A DNA stretch of 60,630 nt from Actinomycetota bacterium (GTDB lineage: Bacteria; Actinomycetota; Acidimicrobiia; Actinomarinales; Actinomarinaceae), in assembly GCA_027729925.1 (NCBI GenBank), contig JAQCEB010000004.1:1-60630 (forward strand). Direction: 5' to 3'. The notes beneath the pieces are model-generated. The model worked only from the letters and a program-made list of their open reading frames with translations, ran no database searches and had not been told where the DNA came from. Position numbers and translations under genes: made by a program. Every line of letters begins with the position of its first letter. Position 1 is the stretch's first letter. Shown piece after piece: positions 47,798 through 57,127 of this stretch.

Positions 47798-48842
47798 TTA
47801 ATAATAACTCTTCCTTTTTACCCAGAAGACCACTTGGTCTAAAAATCATCAAGAACATTATCAAAAGCCCTACAAGTACGAATCTGACTCCAGCTATTTG
47901 TTGTCCATTTGCATTTTCAAATAAAAGAACTGCGAATCTGTCAGTTTCTGAAATAATTACCCAAAATATTATAGATCCAAAAACAGGACCCATTAAGCTT
48001 CCTACACCACCTAAAATCATTATTGCCCAAACATAGAAAGTCAGCAAAGGAACAAAAGTTGTGGTTTGTAGTGAACCATAGTTAAATGCTAAGAGTACTC
48101 CTGACAAACCAGCTATTCCTGCACCAAGCATAAAACTCTGTAGCTTTAACCAAACTGCATTTTTTCCCATGGCTCTAACGGCATCTTCATCTTCTCTCAC
48201 TGCTCGTAGTGCTCTACCCCATGGTGAATTATTAAGTCTTTTTAGCAACAATAAAACAACAAATATTAAAATCCAAGCTAAAGTTCCCACCCATGCTTGA
48301 GCAGGTGAAAATTCAAAGTTAGTTAATAAATTGTCAATAAAATCAGGTCTATAATTCTGCAGAGAATCAGAAAATGAAATAATTCCATAAACTCCACCTG
48401 TAATTGACTCCAAATCTCTAACTAGTAATCTAAATATTTCCGCTGCAGCAATTGTAACAATTGCAAGATAATCTCCTCTTAATCTTATAGCTGGTAAACC
48501 AAGCAATAGTCCAAATAGTGCAGCAGCAATAACTCCAACTATTAAAGCAATTATTAATGGAAGTCCATTAGTAGAGAACTCCCCTTCCCTTCCAGCAGCA
48601 TGAGGAATTAATAGTATTGTTACATAAGCACCAACTCCCATAAATGAAGCATGGCCAAAATTTAATAAACCTGTCCATCCAAAGTGTACGTTTAGACCAA
48701 TAGCACTCAATCCATAAATACCTGCAAATGTTAATAGATTTAATAAAATTCTTTCAGAACCTTCAGTGTTTAATGCAAATACTAGATAAATCGAAAATAC
48801 AGTAAGTACCAAAGTAGTTATAAATTTATAATTTATATTCAA
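47787..48842 (-). CDS. livM: Branched-chain amino acid ABC permease
   Basis: GLLNFGHASF, RLRGDYLAIVT, AVREDEDA. Confidence 0.88.
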   Translation of the reverse strand: MNINYKFITTLVLTVFSIYLVFALNTEGSERILLNLLTFAGIYGLSAIGLNVHFGWTGLLNFGHASFMGVGAYVTILLIPHAAGREGEFSTNGLPLIIALIVGVIAAALFGLLLGLPAIRLRGDYLAIVTIAAAEIFRLLVRDLESITGGVYGIISFSDSLQNYRPDFIDNLLTNFEFSPAQAWVGTLAWILIFVVLLLLKRLNNSPWGRALRAVREDEDAVRAMGKNAVWLKLQSFMLGAGIAGLSGVLLAFNYGSLQTTTFVPLLTFYVWAIMILGGVGSLMGPVFGSIIFWVIISETDRFAVLLFENANGQQIAGVRFVLVGLLIMFLMIFRPSGLLGKKEELLLNVK

Positions 48843-49756
48843 GAAATTCTCTCTTTCTTACCAAAAATTCCTTGGGGTCTAAACAATAAAATTAATATCA
48901 TTATTGCAAGAGCTACAGCATTCTTTGCTTCAACATGGCCTTCCATAAAAGGAAGACCAACTGATATTTGCACTAAAACACCAATAAGAAAACCGCCGAC
49001 CATTGCACCGAAAGAAGTTCCGATTCCTCCTAATACCGTTCCAGCGAAAATTAAAAGTAAAATTAAAAAACCCATATTCCACCTAACATCATTAATAATT
49101 GCTTGGAATATGCCAGCTAACCCAGCAAGCATACTAGAGAAGACCCACGTAATAAAAATAATATAGTCTGAGTTAACACCAGAAATATTTGCTAACTCTT
49201 CAGAATCCCTTACAGCTCTCATTGCTTTTCCTAATTTAGTGTAAGAAAGTATCAAGCCAACTGTAATCATTACAACTACTGCCACTATTAACACTTTGAA
49301 ATTACGAGGTGTCATATCAAAAAATAAGTAAGTTTCTCTTCTTTGAAGTTCTAGTGGAAAATTTTGTACTTTACCTGTTGCAAACAATAAATATATGTGT
49401 CTAACAAAAATTGAAAGGCCGATCGTCACTACTAAAACGGCTATATTTCCTACACTATTTCTTCTTAATGGTCTAAAAAGCATTAACTCTAATAAACCTC
49501 CAAATATGCCACATAGTATGACAGCAAAAACTGCCGAAATTACAAAATTCATACCCAGTGGAGAAAACCTATCTAGAAATAAAACTCTTGAATCTACAGA
49601 TCCAGAAAAAAATAGTGTCAAAATTGCACCTAAAGCAATAATTTCACCATGGGCGAAATTTACAATCCTCGTTACACCATATAACAGCGATAGAGCAACT
49701 GCGGCAACAGAAATTATAACACCTAATAGTAAACCATTACCTAGCTGATCAATCAT
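48839..49756 (-). CDS. livH: Branched-chain amino acid ABC permease
   Basis: IVNFAHGE, LGKAMRAV, FRPQGIFG. Confidence 0.88.
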   Translation of the reverse strand: MIDQLGNGLLLGVIISVAAVALSLLYGVTRIVNFAHGEIIALGAILTLFFSGSVDSRVLFLDRFSPLGMNFVISAVFAVILCGIFGGLLELMLFRPLRRNSVGNIAVLVVTIGLSIFVRHIYLLFATGKVQNFPLELQRRETYLFFDMTPRNFKVLIVAVVVMITVGLILSYTKLGKAMRAVRDSEELANISGVNSDYIIFITWVFSSMLAGLAGIFQAIINDVRWNMGFLILLLIFAGTVLGGIGTSFGAMVGGFLIGVLVQISVGLPFMEGHVEAKNAVALAIMILILLFRPQGIFGKKERIS

Positions 49757-50613
49757 TCGTTTCCTTTTTTTAAATTTATAAACTCTACTTGAGAACCATC
49801 TTCTACAATTATTTTAGTTTTATAAACCTCATCAGTTTGATTTAAAAAACCTATTGTAGCATTTATCCAATCTGAAGGCACTAGAGCATTGCCAATGATT
49901 ACTACTGGTAAATTTTCTGATACATAAACTTTATAACTCCCAGATAAAGTTACTTCATCAACAACTAAACTTTCACCAAAAATTATTTCTCCCGTACCAG
50001 TGATTTTAGAATTTGATAAATTTACATTGTTTAAATCAAATTTAGACTCGAATGAAAGCACTTCTAACTTCCAATTGTTTTGATTGCCTAAGTTTATATT
50101 CCAACCTGAAACTTGAAGTAAACGTGATGTTTCAATTTCTTGAATTAGTATAGCTCTTGGGTTACCAACTAAAGTTTCTATAACCTGAGGGTAACCAATT
50201 TTTCCTGGACGATTAATAATATCAACTGAATATCCTGTGTTGTTATAGAAACTTAAAAATACACTTCCATCGGTATCGATATTAACTAAATATTCAGAAT
50301 CCAAATTTAATTCATTAACTTCAATTTGAGAATCTATTGAATAAGTAGTTAAAAAATCTAATTTTAAAAAAAAAGCTATAGGGAAAAATATTAATACAAC
50401 AACTAAATAGCTGTATAAATAACTAACAGTTTTTTCAAATCTATTTTTTTTGGAAAAATAGAATGCTCCAAATAAAGGTAAAAGTGTCAAAGGAAAGTAA
50501 TCAAGGTAGTCATAAATAATTGATGGACGTAATAAACCTATAAAATATAAAAATATTTGAATTGAAATTAAAAAGAAAATAATTACTTTGATTGAATTTT
50601 CATACCTAATCAC
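49753..50613 (-). CDS. Hypothetical membrane protein: 3 N-terminal TM helices plus beta-rich domain
   Basis: 286-aa ORF with GTG start 4 nt after the tRNA, overlapping the livH start. Confidence 0.65.
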   Translation of the reverse strand: MIRYENSIKVIIFFLISIQIFLYFIGLLRPSIIYDYLDYFPLTLLPLFGAFYFSKKNRFEKTVSYLYSYLVVVLIFFPIAFFLKLDFLTTYSIDSQIEVNELNLDSEYLVNIDTDGSVFLSFYNNTGYSVDIINRPGKIGYPQVIETLVGNPRAILIQEIETSRLLQVSGWNINLGNQNNWKLEVLSFESKFDLNNVNLSNSKITGTGEIIFGESLVVDEVTLSGSYKVYVSENLPVVIIGNALVPSDWINATIGFLNQTDEVYKTKIIVEDGSQVEFINLKKGNE

Positions 50614-50617
50614 TGAG

Positions 50618-50690
50618 AGCCGGAGAGGGGAGTCGAACCCCTGACCTGCCGATTACAAGTCGGCTGCTCTGGCCACTGAGCTACTCCGGC
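50618..50690 (-). tRNA. tRNA-Thr(UGU), CCA not encoded
   Basis: Acceptor GCCGGAG/CTCCGGC, D-arm TAGCTCAGTGGCCAGAGC, anticodon arm GCCGA-CTTGTAA-TCGGC, T-arm AGGGG-TTCGACT-CCCCT. Confidence 0.97.
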
Positions 50691-50700
50691 GAACATTAAA

Positions 50701-50709
50701 ATATTAGCA
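50701..50709 (-). promoter_or_regulatory. Putative extended -10 promoter (TGcTAATAT) for tRNA-Thr
   Basis: TGnTANNNT 10 nt upstream of the tRNA 5' G. Confidence 0.45.
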
Positions 50710-50723
50710 AAGAGATGCCTGAA

Positions 50724-51458
50724 TTAAGAATCTTTTTTAAAAAATTGGTACATTGCAATTGCTGCAGACACCGAAGCGTTTAGCGATTCTATATTTTTAT
50801 TCATTTCAATAGAATGTATGAAATCTAATTTATTCTTTACTTCTGTGCTTAACCCCTTCTCTTCGGAACCAAGAAATAAGGATACTTTTTGAGTATTGAT
50901 ATTATTTAAACTTTCCGAAGAATTTGATTGCATATCTAAACCAATAGTCCAAAAATCTAACTTCTTTAATTGTTTAATTAATGTAAATATTGAATTATAA
51001 AAAACTATATCAATATATTCAATTCCCCCTGAAGACATAGAAAAAGTTTTCTCATTTATTTGAACAGATCGTTTTTTTGGGATACAAATTATTTTAAAAT
51101 CAAAAGCTGCCGCACTCCTTATTATTGCTCCAACGTTATTAGTGTCTTGCAAATGATCTAAAACCAAAACTTTACTACTTCTTAAATTTTCTATTTCAGA
51201 TTCTTTAAAAGTTTTTTTTTCTTTACAAATTGCTACAACTGAATGTCTAGGATGAAATTTCCATTCATGCTTATTTACAATAAATTTAATTTCTATCTTG
51301 TTTTTTTCAGCTTTTGAAATAAGTTCTTTTAATTTTTTTGAATTTGAAGATTGATAATTTAAAACAACTAAGCTTTTAACTCTATTTGTTTCAAATGCAG
51401 CAGTAACTGCATTTACTCCTTCAACTAGAGCGCCAATACCACTCAATAGTTTCTCCAT
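50724..51458 (-). CDS. rlmB: 23S rRNA 2'-O-methyltransferase (SPOUT/TrmH family)
   Basis: LDHLQDTNNVGAIIRSA, GSEEKG, ESLNASVSAAI. Follows cysS. Confidence 0.85.
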   Translation of the reverse strand: MEKLLSGIGALVEGVNAVTAAFETNRVKSLVVLNYQSSNSKKLKELISKAEKNKIEIKFIVNKHEWKFHPRHSVVAICKEKKTFKESEIENLRSSKVLVLDHLQDTNNVGAIIRSAAAFDFKIICIPKKRSVQINEKTFSMSSGGIEYIDIVFYNSIFTLIKQLKKLDFWTIGLDMQSNSSESLNNINTQKVSLFLGSEEKGLSTEVKNKLDFIHSIEMNKNIESLNASVSAAIAMYQFFKKDS

Positions 51459-52812
51459 CTAAGATATTTATACCTAGGTTATAAATATCTTCCCTCATAG
51501 TGTCTGCAGCTTTAAAGTTTTTATCTTTTCTGTATGTTTCTCTTAAATGAATAAATTTCTCCATAGCAAGATTTAGGTTTTCAAAATCTATTTGGTATTT
51601 TTTAAAAAATTCAATTAATTTATCTTGATCAATTTTTAAAGTAAAATTTAATTCAAAGCCTAATAATTTAAAAATAAATTTTATAGTTTGTTTAATATTT
51701 TTCTGATCATTTTTACTTTTTTCTCCTAATTTATTGATAGTTGTAAAAATTTCACCAAGTAATTTTGGGGTGTTTAAATCATCATTCATACAATCATAAA
51801 ATATTCTCATAGTATCTTCATTTGAATTTACAGGATCTACCTCTTGCAATAATTCTTGTAATCGTATTAGAGTAGTTTTCGCTTCAATTAATAAATCTTC
51901 GGAAAATTCTTGAGGTTTTCTGTAATGTGAGCGCAAATAAAAAAATCTAATTAGTTCTCCGCCATAATCATCGATATATTGATTTAGTAATTTAATATTT
52001 CCTTCTGATTTAGACATTTTTTGACCAGATAAATTAACCATTCCGTTATGCATCCAATATTTTACAAAAACTTCATCTTCATATGCTGATGAAGATTGGG
52101 CTAACTCATTTTCATGATGTGGAAAGATTAAATCATTACCACCACAATGAAAGTCTATTCCACTGGCGAATATATCTCTAATCATAGCTGAACATTCGAT
52201 ATGCCAACCCGGCCTACCTTTTCCCCAAGGAGTATTCCAAAATGGTTCTCCATCTTTAGCAAACTTCCATAATGCAAAATCTTCTGGCTTTTTTTTATCT
52301 TCCTTAACATCAATACGAGTACCTGACAATACTTCATCAGTTTTTCTTCCAGAAAGAGCAAAATAATCTGAATACTTTGCAACTTCAAAATAAACTCCAG
52401 AATTTGAAATATATGCATAACCTTTTTCAATCAACAATTCTATAAAACTTATAATTTGTTCTATTGATTCGGTTGCTCTTGGTTCAAATTCAGGATTTAA
52501 GCAATTAAGTTCACTATAAGCTTTATGGAAGTCAAAAATTACTTTTTCTGAAAGCTCTTTGGGAGAAATACCTTCGGCTTTAGATTTTTCAATTATTTTA
52601 TCGTCAATATCTGTTATATTTCTTACAAAAATTACTTTGTATTTTAAGTGCTTCAAGTATCTGACAAAGAAATCAAATACTACAGCTGAACGACCATGAC
52701 CTATATGAGGTGAAGATTGTACCGTTGGTCCACATAAATAAATTTTTATTTCATCTTTTTCGAAACTAGTTTCTTGAATTCGATTAATTAAAGAATTATA
52801 AACTTTAAGCAT
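51421..52812 (-). CDS. cysS: Cysteine--tRNA ligase
   Basis: CGPTV, HIGH, GRPGWHIECSAM, FPHHENE, KMSKS. Confidence 0.97.
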   Translation of the reverse strand: MLKVYNSLINRIQETSFEKDEIKIYLCGPTVQSSPHIGHGRSAVVFDFFVRYLKHLKYKVIFVRNITDIDDKIIEKSKAEGISPKELSEKVIFDFHKAYSELNCLNPEFEPRATESIEQIISFIELLIEKGYAYISNSGVYFEVAKYSDYFALSGRKTDEVLSGTRIDVKEDKKKPEDFALWKFAKDGEPFWNTPWGKGRPGWHIECSAMIRDIFASGIDFHCGGNDLIFPHHENELAQSSSAYEDEVFVKYWMHNGMVNLSGQKMSKSEGNIKLLNQYIDDYGGELIRFFYLRSHYRKPQEFSEDLLIEAKTTLIRLQELLQEVDPVNSNEDTMRIFYDCMNDDLNTPKLLGEIFTTINKLGEKSKNDQKNIKQTIKFIFKLLGFELNFTLKIDQDKLIEFFKKYQIDFENLNLAMEKFIHLRETYRKDKNFKAADTMREDIYNLGINILDGETIEWYWRSS

Positions 52813-53275
52813 TTTCAACCAAAATAGTTGTAAATGAAGCAGAAGCTACCGATGTTCCTATCAAACCCATTCCATCAAATGATTTTCCCTTTAGATTAAT
52901 TTTTGAATCATCAATATTTAATAGCCCAGCAATATTTTTTTCAATAAGTTCACGTTTAGATGAAATATTAATACTTTCAGAGAGTACTGTTATGTCAATA
53001 TTTCTAATTGAATATTTTTCATATTCAATTATTTCAAGAACTTTTTTAAGCATTTCACTGCTTTTAATATTTTTAGGGGTAGAAATGTCAGATGGGAAAT
53101 AGTATCCTAAATCTTTTTTTCCTAAAGCACCAAGTAAGGCATCTAGTAAGGAATGAAGAATAATATCCCCATCAGAGTGCGCTATAAAACCATCTCCAGC
53201 AAAACTGAGCCCTCCAAGAAAAAGTTTTCGTTCAGGGTGATGTTTATGAATATCAAAACCGTTTCCAACGAACAT
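52805..53275 (-). CDS. ispF: 2-C-methyl-D-erythritol 2,4-cyclodiphosphate synthase
   Basis: GFDIH, AHSDGDIILH, DALLGA, DLGYYFP. Confidence 0.93.
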   Translation of the reverse strand: MFVGNGFDIHKHHPERKLFLGGLSFAGDGFIAHSDGDIILHSLLDALLGALGKKDLGYYFPSDISTPKNIKSSEMLKKVLEIIEYEKYSIRNIDITVLSESINISSKRELIEKNIAGLLNIDDSKINLKGKSFDGMGLIGTSVASASFTTILVENA

Positions 53276-53303
53276 TATTACCTTTTTTAATGCTTTAGAT
53301 TAA

Positions 53304-53858
53304 TTATAAACCGTCGTCTGGATCTTCTTCTGGTAGGTATTGGCTAATTTTTTCTATAGCAGATTCTTCATCAATTTTTAAAGCACAAGCAATTTCACTA
53401 GCTAAAGTGACCTTAGCTTTTGCTAACATTCTTTTTAGAGCAGGGGAAATTCCTTTTTTATTTTGTGCAAATGTTAAGTCTCTTACAACCTCTGCTACTT
53501 GAATAATATCTCCAGAAGTCATTTTTTCAGTTAAAACTTTGTACCATCTGCTCCAATTAGAACCTGCTTCTTCTGGTTTTAGTTTAAAAATTGGGAAAAC
53601 TTTTGTTGAGACTGCATTCTTTGAAATCACTGGTCTAATTACTTCGTCTACTTTATCAGTTGGCACCATGACAACTAGCCCATCGGATAAAACTTCAATT
53701 TCAAAATATTCAATTCTTTTTGATTTTGTTTCACCTTCAAAAAAAACTTCAACATTTTTATTAACTTTTCTAACAACTTTTGCTGCACCGTGGTGAGGAT
53801 GTACAACAAATTGGTTCGGTTTATATTTATCAGTAGATTTTTTTGTTTTTGTAGCCAT
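53304..53858 (-). CDS. carD: CarD-family RNA polymerase-binding transcription factor
   Basis: VVHPHHGA, VMVP, NWSRWYK, GDIIQVAEVVRDL, LASEIA. Confidence 0.92.
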   Translation of the reverse strand: MATKTKKSTDKYKPNQFVVHPHHGAAKVVRKVNKNVEVFFEGETKSKRIEYFEIEVLSDGLVVMVPTDKVDEVIRPVISKNAVSTKVFPIFKLKPEEAGSNWSRWYKVLTEKMTSGDIIQVAEVVRDLTFAQNKKGISPALKRMLAKAKVTLASEIACALKIDEESAIEKISQYLPEEDPDDGL

Positions 53859-53890
53859 AGATGTCAACAATACTATAGATTAAGAACTAT

Positions 53891-54949
53891 TTAATGTCCA
53901 TTTAAATAAGAATATCCTATATTCTTCAATAAAGTATCGAAGTAGTCTCTAAGTTGTTGAGCTCTATTTCTACCAATTCCCTCAATTTCAAAAAGTTTTT
54001 CTGGACTTGCTGTTAATAACTTAGGTAAAGTTTTAAATTTTTGTACTATCGAGTCGTGTAATGTATCAGGTAAGTCAGGTAGTCTAGCTAATACTCTGTA
54101 TCCTTTTGCAACAGAAAGTGAATCTAGTGGGAGTTTTGAAAAGACTTGACCTAAATATTCAATAGTATTCAATTCTTCATAACTTAATTTAGATATCTCT
54201 TCATTAACTTTTGAAATATTTCTCAACTTTTGTGATATAAAGTGATCTTTGATTACCAAATTTAGAGTATTGTTAACGCCTGATTCTAATGAGTCAATTT
54301 GAATCATTATTAAACCAGCATCCTGGCCAAGTTTTGAAGCTTCGCTCCTTACTTGGGTTGCAAGTCTGGTTAAGAGCTCCCCCCTTTGTATTACTTCTAA
54401 AACATCCTGATTGCTTAATGAGTTTTCCATTTCCAATTCACTTAAGCTAGCTACAGTGTCATCAAACCTTCTTCTCATTCGATCTACTGACTGTAAAGAC
54501 TCATTAACTTTAGCTAAAATAGCACTTGATTCCTCTAATTCATATATTTCATTTCCAGTAAAGACTTTAATCAATGAAGTTTCTTCAGAAACTGCTACAA
54601 CAGTATGACTTGTAGCAGCTGATGTTCTTTCTGCGGTCCTATGTCTTGTTCCTGTTTGATGAGTCGGGATGTTGTCATTAGGATTCAGATGTACATTTGC
54701 TTTTAGAATTTTTGTAACATCTTGATTTACAATTATTGCTCCATCCATTTTTGCTAATTCGCTCAACATTTCTGGAGTAAAATTGCAATCTGTTAACTCT
54801 ACTCCTCCTGAAGAAATTTTATCAAGCTTTGATGATGTGCCAATAACAATTAGTGCACCAGCTTTTTTATCAGAAATTAAATCAACACCTAACCTAAGGG
54901 GCTGGCCAGGTAGCAAGTATTGTTTATTGTTATTAATTTTTGTACTCAT
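53891..54949 (-). CDS. disA: DNA integrity scanning diadenylate cyclase
   Basis: PGQPLRLG, ELAKMDGAI, TGTRHRTAER, VSEE, C-terminal HhH (EIEGIGRNRA). Confidence 0.95.
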   Translation of the reverse strand: MSTKINNNKQYLLPGQPLRLGVDLISDKKAGALIVIGTSSKLDKISSGGVELTDCNFTPEMLSELAKMDGAIIVNQDVTKILKANVHLNPNDNIPTHQTGTRHRTAERTSAATSHTVVAVSEETSLIKVFTGNEIYELEESSAILAKVNESLQSVDRMRRRFDDTVASLSELEMENSLSNQDVLEVIQRGELLTRLATQVRSEASKLGQDAGLIMIQIDSLESGVNNTLNLVIKDHFISQKLRNISKVNEEISKLSYEELNTIEYLGQVFSKLPLDSLSVAKGYRVLARLPDLPDTLHDSIVQKFKTLPKLLTASPEKLFEIEGIGRNRAQQLRDYFDTLLKNIGYSYLNGH

Positions 54950-55028
54950 TTAACTCTCTTTAATTGGAATAATATTTTTATTTGAATGTTACTGTATTAT
55001 TTTATAAATAAGATAAAAAGATGTCCAA

Positions 55029-55907
55029 ATGGAAAAATTAGTTTGTAAAGCTTGTCAGGCTGTTGTTGACTCTCAACTTGAGTTTTGCTCAAGTTGTGGT
55101 GAATGGTTAGGTCTACGACTTGGAGATGTTGGGGTTAGCCAGACTAGACAAGAACTACCTAAAGAAAAAAGAACAAGGATTCCTCAACTAAAATGCTCTA
55201 ACTGTAAAACATTAAATCCACCATCAATAAAATATTGCAACGACTGCGGACAGCTCCTAATAAAACCTCTTTCAAGTTACGGAGCAACAAGTTTACCAAC
55301 ACGAAAAGAAGTTCCTGGTATTAGAGCTGTTTTTTTTCTTGCAGTTGTGATCCCCCTTATTGCAGCCGCAAGTTACTATTACAATCAAAATATAGCTGAA
55401 GAAGTGATTGAAGAAGTTCAAATTGTTCAACAATCAACAACAACCAGTACTTCTACAACAGTTAAAAGCAACTTGCAAATTCAGTTTCCTTTTTCATGCT
55501 CTTCATCTAGTACATATGGTGAAGGTTGGACTTGTGAAAACCTATATGATAGAGAACCAACTTCTTGGCAAGATAAAGGTTTAGAGTGCCAAGATGCTAC
55601 GTTAGAGTTTTTGTTTGCGAAGGAAATTTATATCGAGTTTTTAACTTTTGAAAATTTAGATGATACAAAGTCTTTTACTAGAAATTTCAAAGCAAGGGAT
55701 ATCTTAATAACTTCAGATGAGTCAGAATTTTCTTTAGAAAAGGAGCTAGAAAATCAAAATTCTTCTACACAATGGATAGATTTAAACACTACTACTTCAA
55801 AAATAACTATTCAAATTCTAAGCGCTTTTCCTGGAGAGGAATTGAATGGTGCACCAGCTTTCACAGAGTGTGCAATTCAAGAAATTACTTTTTATGGAAG
55901 AGGTTAG
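55029..55907 (+). CDS. Double zinc-ribbon / TM / extracellular discoidin-like (glycan-binding-like) protein
   Basis: Two CxxC..CxxC pairs, TM at VFFLAVVIPLIAAASYYY, Thr/Ser linker, ENLYD..TSW, ITIQILSAFPG, AIQEITFYG. Confidence 0.65.
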   Translation: MEKLVCKACQAVVDSQLEFCSSCGEWLGLRLGDVGVSQTRQELPKEKRTRIPQLKCSNCKTLNPPSIKYCNDCGQLLIKPLSSYGATSLPTRKEVPGIRAVFFLAVVIPLIAAASYYYNQNIAEEVIEEVQIVQQSTTTSTSTTVKSNLQIQFPFSCSSSSTYGEGWTCENLYDREPTSWQDKGLECQDATLEFLFAKEIYIEFLTFENLDDTKSFTRNFKARDILITSDESEFSLEKELENQNSSTQWIDLNTTTSKITIQILSAFPGEELNGAPAFTECAIQEITFYGRG

Positions 55908-57127
55908 TTAAGTTCACCTTTTCTATAAGGTTGTCCAACTTTTTTTGGCATTCTTAATTTTTGACTAGCTGAAGAAAGAACAATCAAAGTTGTGATATGT
56001 GGTGTAAAGTATACAAACTCACTAGGTACAGTTTCTGAGTTTAAAAACCAGATTAAAAATCCTAAACACAACATAATTGAAATTGATGCACTTAAATATT
56101 TTTTTTCAATTATTTGCTTTATTGAAATAATTAATAATATTAATGAAATTAGTACCAACAAACCGTGTACTGCATCATCTGACCTTAGTTGGAGTGCATC
56201 AGCATAACCAAACAAACCTGATCCCATAAATATTCCTAAAGGCTTATAATTTCCAAAAATCATTGAGGCTAGTCCAATAAACCCTCTTCCAGCGGTTTGT
56301 CCTTCTCTATAGATACCTGAGCTTTCAAGAACTAAATAAGCACCTGCTAATCCTGCAAATCCACCTGAAATCATTACACCAATATATTTCATAAGATAAA
56401 CATTTACTCCTAAGGATTCACTTCCAGTGGGAAGCTCTCCAACACTTCTCATTTGTAAACCAAATGGAGTAGACCATAAAGTCCATGCTGCTATAGGAAT
56501 TAATGTAAGAGCAAAAATTGAAATATAAGACAAATTAGATGTTGCACCTAGTAGTAAACCAGCAAAATCAGACAAAAACGGTAAATCTAAATCTTGGAGA
56601 TATCCGAACAAGCTTGGCGTTTCTCCACCACCAGATAAATAAGGTAAAGTAAAATCACCAACTTCACCATCTATTCTTGGGGACTGAGTAGCGCTTTGAG
56701 TTGGTTGATCAGCATATGCTACAACATTTAGAAATCTAGCTACTCCAGCTGCAAGAATATTTATTGCTACACCAGAGACTATATGGTCAACTTGAAAAGT
56801 TACCGTTCCTACTGCATGTATTAATCCAAACATAGCTCCACCAATGATTCCGGCAAGAATTCCATACCAAGGTCCATACATCCAAGCAGCCCAAGCTCCA
56901 AACCATGTACCCATTATCATCATGCCCTCAAGACCGATATTTACAACGCCTGATCTTTCAGAAAACATTCCTCCAAGACCTGCAAGGCAAATTGGAATAG
57001 CAAGCCTAATTGCAGCACCAAAAGTTCCGCTTGTTGTTAATTGATCATACTTATCTACTTGTGCGATTACAGCAATAAATGCAATAGGTAGAAATATTAA
57101 ATAATTTTTTTTCAACGTTTTAAGCAT
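55904..57127 (-). CDS. Nucleoside/simple-sugar ABC permease (NupC-like)
   Basis: SERSGVVNIGLEG, VSGVAINIL, GRGFIGLASMIFG. Confidence 0.88.
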   Translation of the reverse strand: MLKTLKKNYLIFLPIAFIAVIAQVDKYDQLTTSGTFGAAIRLAIPICLAGLGGMFSERSGVVNIGLEGMMIMGTWFGAWAAWMYGPWYGILAGIIGGAMFGLIHAVGTVTFQVDHIVSGVAINILAAGVARFLNVVAYADQPTQSATQSPRIDGEVGDFTLPYLSGGGETPSLFGYLQDLDLPFLSDFAGLLLGATSNLSYISIFALTLIPIAAWTLWSTPFGLQMRSVGELPTGSESLGVNVYLMKYIGVMISGGFAGLAGAYLVLESSGIYREGQTAGRGFIGLASMIFGNYKPLGIFMGSGLFGYADALQLRSDDAVHGLLVLISLILLIISIKQIIEKKYLSASISIMLCLGFLIWFLNSETVPSEFVYFTPHITTLIVLSSASQKLRMPKKVGQPYRKGELN

